DNA of 64,000 nucleotides from Planctomycetaceae bacterium (GTDB taxonomy: Bacteria > Planctomycetota > Planctomycetia > Pirellulales > Pirellulaceae), in the NCBI GenBank assembly GCA_043775635.1, contig JAYVSE010000111.1, forward strand, positions 11,002-75,001, read 5' to 3'. The position numbers and the translations under genes were made by a program. Below the pieces are notes generated by a model. That model was not told the origin of the DNA. It did no database searches and worked only from the letters and a program-made list of their open reading frames with translations. Below are positions 54,020 to 62,430 of the stretch, in pieces; positions within the stretch are counted from its first letter, which is position 1, and every line of letters begins with the position of its first letter.

Positions 54020-55500
54020 AGTTGGGCTGACGACCTTTCCAATAGGGGAATATCGAGGCGATTGGCAAATGCGCGACACCGCGCTGTCACGCTTGCCGGT
54101 TCATTTGATAAATGAGCTTGCAGCCACGAGTGGAGCTCGCGCTCGAAGCTATTCCAGTTGTGGAGATAGATATCCACGTCGCGGTGTCCGCTACCAGAGT
54201 CTGTCGTGTGTCTCGTAGAAATGAGTTTTGGAGAGATCCAAGAATAGCCTATGATTGCCCCAATCATGAGGCCCGCATTCGACAAGATCGAGTACGCTTG
54301 AAATACAGGAGGACATAAAGCAACTACCAATGCATACGCGATCGTGCCGGTGACTAGCGCTACTCCTATGCGCTTGGCTGTTGCCACCCACTTTGCATCA
54401 GTGGGCGGAAATGCACATTTTAATGTCGTCGATGCCGGCGCTAAAGAGAGTTCTAGCTGTTGTACGGCCTCTCCCGCCTTAGCAAACAATCCCTCTTGAG
54501 CACCCGGCCGCACTGCCTCCAAATGGTGTAGCCAAATTCCATGTAAAGTGGACTTGTTTCGCCATTCATGAAGTTGATCTAGCACATCGGCCCGCAATCT
54601 TGGAGTATCACGCAATTCACCCGCCATCTGCTTTTCAATACCGCGTTTCAGAGTTGTCAAATGCTTTTCTAACTCCGCCACAATTCGCGTATGTTCATCA
54701 GCGGTTAGCGGCAAAACGGGCTTCGACTGTGACTGGTTCGACCTCGCGCAGATCTGAGTGACGAGATCGGCGACCAATCGCCGCTCGTGACCATGTCGAG
54801 CCAACTGGCGAATGGCGGGGGGGACCGCCAATAAGTCTGCCGGTGAACTAATAAAACCGTCGTTAATTCGTTTGCCGCCGGTCTCCCAGAAGTCGACACC
54901 GAGTGTTCGGCTACCGGCGAAACCGCTCCGCTGCAAATGCGCTTCCACGAATTGTCGGACTTCGATGGTCTCGTCTGGGGTTGGTTGCTCGCCGGGAAGG
55001 GCGATGACGAGACCACGAATGTAGTCGGTGAGCTTGACTAATTCCGGCACAATTCGGCGCTCAGATTCGCTTAATGGTTGCGCCCAGCGCGTGACAAAAA
55101 TGGCCTGATCAAACCCGCCGAAATCGGCGAAGCTAGAAATGAGACTGGTGGAGATCGTCGATACCTCAAGAGCATATAGGTATCCATCCAGCATTTGATC
55201 CATTTTGAAAACCGGCCAATTCGATGAGCGGGGTTGAGCCATATCCGGACGGTGGCCGATAACGACCGGACGGTTGTCAGCATTACCGATTGCCGCTACT
55301 GCGCCAGCCCCCAACCATCGCGAAAGAAGTAAATCCAATCCGCCGTGGGGCTGTCCGATGAGTAGAGTGGCAGATCCCGCGAACGTCCGTTCGCGAGGTT
55401 TCGCCTGATGCTGGACGACGATCACTCGCTCTTCAGAGAATCCTGTCGCTTGAGCGAGTCGTTTGAGTTCATCCCAATCTGCAGTTTGAAGCGATTGCAT
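54016..55500 (-). CDS. Dynamin-like paralog with a degenerate P-loop (predicted pseudo-GTPase) and a C-terminal membrane hairpin
   Basis: AAGGAG RBS. LLIGQPHGGLDLLLSRWLG aligns with VVVGDFNRGKSTLINALLG but lacks GKS/T. IFVTRWAQPL aligns with the FFVINYWNLI / IPVLNFTNLL position of its neighbours. Hairpin: IGVALVTGTIAYALVVALCPPVF...NAGLMIGAIIGYSWI. Confidence 0.6.
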   Translation of the reverse strand: MQSLQTADWDELKRLAQATGFSEERVIVVQHQAKPRERTFAGSATLLIGQPHGGLDLLLSRWLGAGAVAAIGNADNRPVVIGHRPDMAQPRSSNWPVFKMDQMLDGYLYALEVSTISTSLISSFADFGGFDQAIFVTRWAQPLSESERRIVPELVKLTDYIRGLVIALPGEQPTPDETIEVRQFVEAHLQRSGFAGSRTLGVDFWETGGKRINDGFISSPADLLAVPPAIRQLARHGHERRLVADLVTQICARSNQSQSKPVLPLTADEHTRIVAELEKHLTTLKRGIEKQMAGELRDTPRLRADVLDQLHEWRNKSTLHGIWLHHLEAVRPGAQEGLFAKAGEAVQQLELSLAPASTTLKCAFPPTDAKWVATAKRIGVALVTGTIAYALVVALCPPVFQAYSILSNAGLMIGAIIGYSWISPKLISTRHTTDSGSGHRDVDIYLHNWNSFERELHSWLQAHLSNEPASVTARCRAFANRLDIPLLERSSAQL

Positions 55501-55519
55501 TATGACTCCTTGGATCTCA

Positions 55520-57265
55520 TTAACTGGCGACTCGCATTAGTTGGCAATTTGTCGCCATGAATTCCTCCAGGAGGAGTCGAAGTTGCCGCCGGTCGATAAG
55601 TTCTGCGTCAGTTTCGACCGGCAGAGGTTTTTCGAGTTCTGCGGTCTGAACAGAAAACTCACTGAGCAAGGTTTCCAGTGTCGCTTCAAAGACACTTACC
55701 ATTTGTCTTGTAAGAAGTCGTTCGGAACGTTCCCACTCCTCACACGCGCGAGTTTGGAATGCGGAAACATATTCGGCGTCGGTTGCAGGCGTCGATTGAC
55801 TGGCAAGGGCCGCGCCAATACTGGCCCCAATTGCAGTTCCGAACGGGCCAGCAACAATAGTGCCTAGCAAGCCATACAAGAACGCACCACCACCAACTTC
55901 GCCTCCGCTCGCAGGCTTGTCCGGAAGACTGCCAACACTGATTGAAACGCTTTTGGGGGGCGGTAACTCTGGTTTGGTGGTCAAGTCCCGCCCGCAATCA
56001 TGTGCTATTTCCACGAGTGCGTCACGTACAAGTCCTTCCAGCGACGTGGCCACAGAACAAAGATGGTGGTGATACCAACCCGAAGCATGCTCGTCGAGCC
56101 GAGCCCGAGTTTCGTTCGAATACCAACTGCAAATGTTGCTCTGGGTCTCCGCGAGGACGCTCCTTGCTGAAGTTTTCAGTCCCGCAAGCATCAAATTGGC
56201 GGATGTTTCCGCTTCCTTCCGTTTTCGCCGTAGTTCGCCCAGTTGAGTTTCGCGTTCCTTCCGAGCCACATGAGCCTTGTCTTCCAGTTCCTTCAGCCGC
56301 CCATAGTTTCCTGTATCGAATTGTTCATAGGTCGCCCGTACCTGCGAGACACGACTTCGTTGCGCCAGCACTCGCCCCTCTTCCGCACTCAAATGAGCCA
56401 ACACCGCCTTCAACGCTGCGAAGTCATTAGACACCTCGCCATTGCCTTTGTCAGTGCCAAGGAGTGCGGCCCGGACATTGACCTCAAAATACAAACGATC
56501 ATGGCCGGGTGGCCGGAATGAGATGTGGCTTATCAATTCGCTCTTGAGCCATCGCTCCAGGCGAACTCGAACTTCGTCGCGTTCAGCGTCGTCTTCCAGC
56601 AGGTTAGTAAAGTTCAGCACAGGAATGATCGGAACCTCAGGACGTGCTTTAAGCCAGTTCGCCGCCAATTCCCGCTCCTGCTGCTGGAGACACTCCCGGG
56701 CATCCAGCAACCAAATCACCACATCGGCGTGGCGGAGCGCACGCTCTGCCCGCGCGCTTTGCGTTGCAGCTTCATTCGTGCCCGGCGTGTCGATTAGCAT
56801 CACATTTTGCGACAACAAGTCAGATGCAACAAAGACTGTGATCCGCTCGATGTTGTCGGAAACTTGTCCATCATCACTAAGGACTGCAAACGAATCCAAT
56901 CTGTCCAGCGGATGCGATTCAATGCGACCGTCTGCAAATCGTATCTCCACTTCCTCGTGGCTTGCACCCCGAAGACAGGTTACGTGGCCGGTTGTCGGAA
57001 TCAGTTTTGCTGCCAGCAAGCGTCGCCCCAGCAAAGCGTTGATCAGCGTCGATTTTCCACGGTTGAAATCGCCAAACACAACCACACTCACATGCGATTC
57101 ATCCAACGTCTCGACTAGATCAGAGACCTGATAACACCTCGCTTGGTCTCCAAGACGCTTGAAAACAGTATGTAGTTGTGCGAGCGAAGGATGCCGTGAT
57201 CGCCACTCTAGGTCACGACGTTCGTGATTCGGCTCCGCTTGGCATCGAGTGCGTTTAGTCGTCAT
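55520..57265 (-). CDS. Bacterial dynamin-like GTPase (DLP-A)
   Basis: ATG at 57265 (the ORF opens with TTG at 57277). G1 VVVFGDFNRGKSTLINALLG, G2 region LIPTTGHVTCL, G3 LIDTPGTNE. The G4 position reads IIPVLNFTNLL. Gly-rich hydrophobic segment: GGGAFLYGLLGTIVAGPFGTAIGASIGAALA. Confidence 0.85.
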   Translation of the reverse strand: MTTKRTRCQAEPNHERRDLEWRSRHPSLAQLHTVFKRLGDQARCYQVSDLVETLDESHVSVVVFGDFNRGKSTLINALLGRRLLAAKLIPTTGHVTCLRGASHEEVEIRFADGRIESHPLDRLDSFAVLSDDGQVSDNIERITVFVASDLLSQNVMLIDTPGTNEAATQSARAERALRHADVVIWLLDARECLQQQERELAANWLKARPEVPIIPVLNFTNLLEDDAERDEVRVRLERWLKSELISHISFRPPGHDRLYFEVNVRAALLGTDKGNGEVSNDFAALKAVLAHLSAEEGRVLAQRSRVSQVRATYEQFDTGNYGRLKELEDKAHVARKERETQLGELRRKRKEAETSANLMLAGLKTSARSVLAETQSNICSWYSNETRARLDEHASGWYHHHLCSVATSLEGLVRDALVEIAHDCGRDLTTKPELPPPKSVSISVGSLPDKPASGGEVGGGAFLYGLLGTIVAGPFGTAIGASIGAALASQSTPATDAEYVSAFQTRACEEWERSERLLTRQMVSVFEATLETLLSEFSVQTAELEKPLPVETDAELIDRRQLRLLLEEFMATNCQLMRVAS

Positions 57266-57793
57266 CAACGTTTCCAAGATTCCGAGGATCTAATTCTCGC
57301 CAGACTGCAATGCTGTTAGCAAAGTATCCATTGACCTTCATCTCAAGCAGCCAACCTGTTCGTTGCATAAAGTGTTATGAACAGCAATGACATCGCTTTC
57401 TAGGGAAGCCCGCAAGATGCTAATTTGATATAGATATTGATCTGTCTATATGAATGACGGGTGTCAGCCCCTGAACCAGGGCGAACGCATCAAATTCCTA
57501 ACGGAAACCGTTGAAAAATAAGGTGTTTGCGTTGACTCCAATCAAACTCGTATGTTTCACGAGTAATTTGAACTTACGTCAACACGGGTTTATCTCGGAA
57601 AATGGCATATTCGCCGCTGATTTTGGTGCGTTAGCCCTGGCCCCTGAACTACACGAAAATCTCGCAGTTTTTGGGAATCCTCTGCCCATCCATGAATGCC
57701 CAACATCGACCGCTGCCTCCCATTGCATCTCCTCCTCCAGCAGAACGGGGCCAAAAAGCGAGTATTCCGCCCTGACACTCGGATAAGATGACC

Positions 57794-59506
57794 TCACTCA
57801 GACGAAAACGATGACCCTAAAATGGCATAGTCGTGATGTGTCATATCGGGAACACCATCTCGCCGATTGAATGCTTCGGCATTCTCTTTGGATACCTGGA
57901 AATGAACAATCAAGGCCAGCGGGTCACGGCTTCCGATGCGGACAATGTGCCCCAGAGAACGGGTCGTTGAAACGTAATTGCTGCGCAACCAGGCCCCCTC
58001 CCCCATGAGCGTTTGTTCAAACGTCTCCGACTTCGGATTGCCGCGAAATTTCACCGACCCGTCCTTGAGTTGGTCCTTGATTCGGATGTCGAGGTCACGC
58101 AAGGCGAATCGAGGATCGACGGCGTCCGCGACGACTGCTCTTGTCCACCGATCTCGGAATAGTGCAAACTGTACCGGCGACTTGTCTTCTTCCGGTGTGA
58201 GTTTCAGTTCGCCGGTTTCAATCTTCTTTAGGAAGTCCTGGCGTCCTTTGTTGAATAGCTCGGGTTCTACCGTCACCCACATCGAAACAGGCCAATCATA
58301 GGGCCATCCTACCTTTCGGTCCTTCGGCGGACTGAAGGTCACCAACATGCCGTCGGGCTTTGTCGTCGATTGTGCGCTGTACCGATAACCTTCGGGCACG
58401 AGCATTTGGAAGCCGAGCAGCGGATTTGAAATGCGAGCGAGGCGCGTCCGGTCAAGAAGTTGCTGAAGGCGCAGAATGCGTATGCCACCGTACTGCTCCG
58501 TCAGATACCACTCCTTGTCCTGAATGTACTTCTTGATCACCGTCAAGGCATCTCGTTCGACATAGCCGTGGTGGATCAGGGGGGCCTCGACCTCCACGCC
58601 TCCAAGCTTGATCGTGGTTGGTCGAGTGGCAGATGCCGTGGTTGGTCCGGCTGGCTCCGCCCGGAATGCCACCGGCGGGGCGCTCGTGTGAACCAGAAGC
58701 TGATCCGCATTGGACTTCGTAAGATCGAGCGCCGCCAAAGCGACTGGCTTCTGTTTCCAGTCGAAATCACGGATATGCTTGTAATGCACGGCAATGCCGA
58801 CACGCGGCGCAACTTCGAGCTTACTGGACTGGATGCCAATCACCTTCGCATCACCGGTGACAATGGGACATCCGCTGTATCCGAGTGCAATCGGAATTCC
58901 ATGCCGAACGAAAGTTGCGTCGGCCGCAAACGGCTTGAATTTGCTGGTGTCACTGAGTAGCAACTGGTCTGCCCACTGTTTGACCGTAATGACTTCCGCA
59001 ACGTACTTGCCTTCAAATAGGGCGACCTTCAAAGCCCACTCGCTACCCAGCGCGTACAGCGGCGTTGGGATCTTCCGGTCGTCGGTATGCAGTTCCAAGG
59101 GGGGGACTGCAAGAGGATAGGTCGGATGCGGTCGCAGAACCGCGAGGTCATGCTTTTCATCGAGAATGACATCCAAACACGTTGCAAAGATCTTTTGCTG
59201 CGAGAGCCGGTATCTTACGGTCGCGATTTTTTTGCCGGTTTCAGTTGGTGCCAGAGAGTGCGCTGTGGTGACGATCCAATTCCGCTTCTGGGGATCTGAC
59301 ACCACGAATCCGGTCCCACGGCCGGGCGACCCCTGCTCCTTGCCTGATTCCGGCCAGAACTCAAGGTAAACGACCGAGGGCTCGATCTTGTTTTGAACCT
59401 CAACGCCTTTGTCCGCCGACTGTGCTTCACTCCATGACGGCGCGGCGGCAGCTAACACGAGCCAAGCCGACCACGCCAGGCATTTTGAGCACCTTCCGCA
59501 CTTCAT
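57794..59506 (-). CDS. Secreted trypsin-like (S1/PA-clan) serine protease with a ~300-aa C-terminal extension
   Basis: Signal peptide LAWSAWLVLAAAAPSWSEAQS. Triad context: GTGFVVSD...WIVTTAHSL (His), EKHDLAVLR (Asp), IALGYSGCPIV (Ser). Confidence 0.8.
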   Translation of the reverse strand: MKCGRCSKCLAWSAWLVLAAAAPSWSEAQSADKGVEVQNKIEPSVVYLEFWPESGKEQGSPGRGTGFVVSDPQKRNWIVTTAHSLAPTETGKKIATVRYRLSQQKIFATCLDVILDEKHDLAVLRPHPTYPLAVPPLELHTDDRKIPTPLYALGSEWALKVALFEGKYVAEVITVKQWADQLLLSDTSKFKPFAADATFVRHGIPIALGYSGCPIVTGDAKVIGIQSSKLEVAPRVGIAVHYKHIRDFDWKQKPVALAALDLTKSNADQLLVHTSAPPVAFRAEPAGPTTASATRPTTIKLGGVEVEAPLIHHGYVERDALTVIKKYIQDKEWYLTEQYGGIRILRLQQLLDRTRLARISNPLLGFQMLVPEGYRYSAQSTTKPDGMLVTFSPPKDRKVGWPYDWPVSMWVTVEPELFNKGRQDFLKKIETGELKLTPEEDKSPVQFALFRDRWTRAVVADAVDPRFALRDLDIRIKDQLKDGSVKFRGNPKSETFEQTLMGEGAWLRSNYVSTTRSLGHIVRIGSRDPLALIVHFQVSKENAEAFNRRDGVPDMTHHDYAILGSSFSSE

Positions 59507-59518
59507 GACAAAACCCCA

Positions 59519-60301
59519 TTAGCGGCTATTTGGCCCACCCCAAATACGGAACAGTTCCCGAATCATTTCCTTCGCAGACGGCGGCGGCTTCAACCGCCGC
59601 AGTTCCGCGATCTTGGAGCGGACATCGTTTCCACCATGCTTCTCCAGAGACTCCAGATTCTCCTCGTCTGACAGGTTCTCATCATAAAACGCCTTGACCA
59701 CTCTGAGCCACTCGACGGCCCCCTGCTGCTGATCGCTGGTGGGAACAAGAATCCCCGGCTTCCCATTTTGGACGATTGCGTCGAGTTCTTTGCGAACGCC
59801 ATCACGTTCGGCAGTCAATCGGCTGATTTCGTCACGCTGCCTTTGGATCAACCGAAATTCGATGAGGGCGGTAACCGCACAAAGCAGGCAGACCGCTGCT
59901 GCCGTCGCCAGCCATGATCGTGGTATCTGCCACGATGCGGATGCAACATTGTCCCGCGCAACCGTGATGCTCTCTCTTGGTGTGGTGCCCCCGGCACGGT
60001 TCTGCTTTTCCGATGCCGGGACGGAAGGCGCGGCGACCGTTTCCACAAAATCGGCTGCGCTCGTCTCAAGGGGTTCGGCCATGACGCTGCGGACCACTTC
60101 GATTGCTTCGCGAACGGCCGGGAACTTCGCTGCCGCCTCTTCCACCTGACGTTTTTCATCAGGATTGCATTCATCCACGATGTACCGCGCGACCATGCCG
60201 TCGTCGATATCGCCCCAAATCGCCGCTTCCGCCGCGTTGTACGCGCGCAGCTCAACTTTCAGTCGATCCCAGCGCTCTTGTGGTGCTTCCGGCGGCGTCA
60301 T
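59519..60301 (-). CDS. Single-pass membrane anti-sigma-factor-like protein
   Basis: ATGA overlap with the ECF sigma gene. Cytoplasmic N-terminal domain, TM segment WLATAAAVCLLCAVTALIEF, periplasmic C-terminal domain. Confidence 0.55.
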   Translation of the reverse strand: MTPPEAPQERWDRLKVELRAYNAAEAAIWGDIDDGMVARYIVDECNPDEKRQVEEAAAKFPAVREAIEVVRSVMAEPLETSAADFVETVAAPSVPASEKQNRAGGTTPRESITVARDNVASASWQIPRSWLATAAAVCLLCAVTALIEFRLIQRQRDEISRLTAERDGVRKELDAIVQNGKPGILVPTSDQQQGAVEWLRVVKAFYDENLSDEENLESLEKHGGNDVRSKIAELRRLKPPPSAKEMIRELFRIWGGPNSR

Positions 60302-60930
60302 TGGTCTGCCTCACCAGTAATAGACGGGGCGAATGCCAAATCCTGCAACGGATTCTTTTCCGCGCGATGAATTTCTGCTCCGAATTCACGAAGGGTTCTG
60401 GCGAGTCGCGACCTTACAGCCGCCAGCCGGTAATAAACAGCCCGCTCGCCAAGTCCCAACTGGCAGGCGATGTCAGCCGTCGGCACGTCGTCCAAATACA
60501 GTTGCCAAGCCTGCTGGTATTCTTCTGGAAACTTTTGCATTTCCCGTTGGAAGCTGACAATCAGCTCCGGGTCCGCCGGTTCGGAAACACCGCCTGAGTG
60601 CCATTCGTCCGTCAGTGGAACGAAGCGATGGGAATCCAGACCACGGGCGTAATCGATGCACTTCCGGGCAGCAACGGAGGCCAGAAAGCAGCAAAACGGG
60701 CAGTCCTCCCGCCATTTTGGAAGGGCCAGCAGGCCGTGGAACAACGCCGTTTGCGCCGCATCGTCCCAATCCATCCGCCGAGTTGGCCCCAGTATGCGTG
60801 CCGCGATGGAGTGGATACGCCCCTGATGCGTCCTCGCAAGTTCATTGCCAGCGCCAGCATCGCCAACGCGATAGCGGCGAGCCAGTTCATTGCAGCAGCC
60901 GTTTGGGCATCGACAGAATTTCTTGATCAC
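60298..60930 (-). CDS. ECF-type RNA polymerase sigma factor
   Basis: Region 2: ELARRYRVGDAGAGNELARTHQGRIHSIAARILG...WDDAAQTALFHGL. Region 4 HTH: YQQAWQLYLDDVPTADIACQLGLGERAVYYRLAAVRSRL. GTGA overlap with the upstream PP2C gene. Confidence 0.8.
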   Translation of the reverse strand: MIKKFCRCPNGCCNELARRYRVGDAGAGNELARTHQGRIHSIAARILGPTRRMDWDDAAQTALFHGLLALPKWREDCPFCCFLASVAARKCIDYARGLDSHRFVPLTDEWHSGGVSEPADPELIVSFQREMQKFPEEYQQAWQLYLDDVPTADIACQLGLGERAVYYRLAAVRSRLARTLREFGAEIHRAEKNPLQDLAFAPSITGEADQ

Positions 60931-61952
60931 GATGATGCGCTCCCGATCACAGGTGGCAATCGGCGGAGCGAGATCACTGCAATGTCGTCATCTTGCGGAT
61001 GGTCGCGTAGCGCGTCCAATACAACATCGACCACCGCATCGTGAAGCGATGTCACATTCAGCGAATTCTCCACTTGGCGTTGCAATGTCGCCCGCAAGTG
61101 TCCTTGCGCATTGCACTGGTCAAACACGCCGTCGGTCGCGAAGACAATTTCGTGGTCGAGCGGGACAACCTCGTCTTGGACTGTAAACATTTCCGGGTAA
61201 TCGCGACCGAGAAACATGCCGCCAAATCTGACGACCTTCACCGGTCGATGGGTCATGTTCCCCACGAGATATTGGATGTCGCCGCCGGCAGCGGCGCGAA
61301 TTTCACCGGATTCGTTCGCCCGCAGCACGACGAGTTCGACATGCACGCTCTTCTTGGGCAGGTATTCAGTGAATTCTCGTTTCAGCCAGCACAGTACATC
61401 CAACGGCTCGTTCATTTCGCCTTTTTGACCGATTTCCCACAGGGCCTCCAAGCTGGCGGCGGTCAGATGCGCCGCCACTGATTTTCCCATGACATCTGCT
61501 AACAGAATCCACACGTTGTGATTTGTCGCCACATGGACGCATATCAAGTCACCGCCGACTTGGTATTTGGGCCGGTAGTGGTATCGGGCCTGATATCCCG
61601 TCACTTCCGGCAACGTCGGATCGAAACGAAACTTCTGCCCTGGCAGTGGGACGGCAGACTCTGGCTTCGGATTGAGAACCTGTAACGCTTTGTAGATGCC
61701 CAGCGCCTTGAGCGCGAGGGGGGAATAGCTGGCGAGCGTTTCCGGCGTCAACGATCGCAGGTAGACCTTCAGGTATCGCAGCGTTCGATCAAGAAGGTCT
61801 TTCGGATCATCTCCATGCAGCAAGCCTCGGCGCAACATGCCTTGGATAATCCGTCGCAAGGCAGACTGGAACTCTTCAAAGAGGTAGTCAAAATCCGGCC
61901 GGGAGTGTTGGTCCGGATCATCCCCGTCGTTTGGCGGCCCGCCAGCTAGCAT
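60927..61952 (-). CDS. PP2C/SpoIIE-family serine phosphatase
   Basis: ATG at 61952. GGDLICVH...VWILLADVMGKSVAAHLTAASL matches the SpoIIE signature (GDxxD...DVxGKGxxAA). C-terminal VFATDGVFD...HPQDDDIAVISL. The Arg/Gly-rich 5' extension to 62462 was rejected. Confidence 0.75.
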   Translation of the reverse strand: MLAGGPPNDGDDPDQHSRPDFDYLFEEFQSALRRIIQGMLRRGLLHGDDPKDLLDRTLRYLKVYLRSLTPETLASYSPLALKALGIYKALQVLNPKPESAVPLPGQKFRFDPTLPEVTGYQARYHYRPKYQVGGDLICVHVATNHNVWILLADVMGKSVAAHLTAASLEALWEIGQKGEMNEPLDVLCWLKREFTEYLPKKSVHVELVVLRANESGEIRAAAGGDIQYLVGNMTHRPVKVVRFGGMFLGRDYPEMFTVQDEVVPLDHEIVFATDGVFDQCNAQGHLRATLQRQVENSLNVTSLHDAVVDVVLDALRDHPQDDDIAVISLRRLPPVIGSASS

Positions 61953-62430
61953 GGGATTGAATCTTTCAAATTGAACCTGGTCGGAATTTCGAGCGGTTTC
62001 TTTGAATGCAATTCGATGCACCGTGTACCGTAACGGCCCAACAATGCTGGGGCAAGTGGGCACCTCGCCGCTGCGGCGACCGCGTGACTCCAGGCTCCGC
62101 TTCGCTGCGGTTCTCTGTCGAGGAACGGCGAAACGCCCCTTGCGGCCCGCTGGTGCTGCGGCCTTCGGCCTGAAGCGGACGCCTGCGGCGCTGTTGCTTC
62201 TTCTGAGCGTGGGGGGAGAAGCCCCCGGTCCGTCAAGGATCTGGCCGCGCGACCTCTGCGGCTGCCTCCCCATCTTCCGCGCTCGAAACTCGCTTGTGCA
62301 GACGGGTGCCCTCCGCGCCGGTCGTCCTTGACTGCCCTCCCCCCGGCCTTTGGCTCTTTGTTCCGTTCGCCAAAAGCATGAGCTGTTTGGCTCGCGAACA
62401 AATCCATTCTTGAAGAGGGAGAACCAGACC

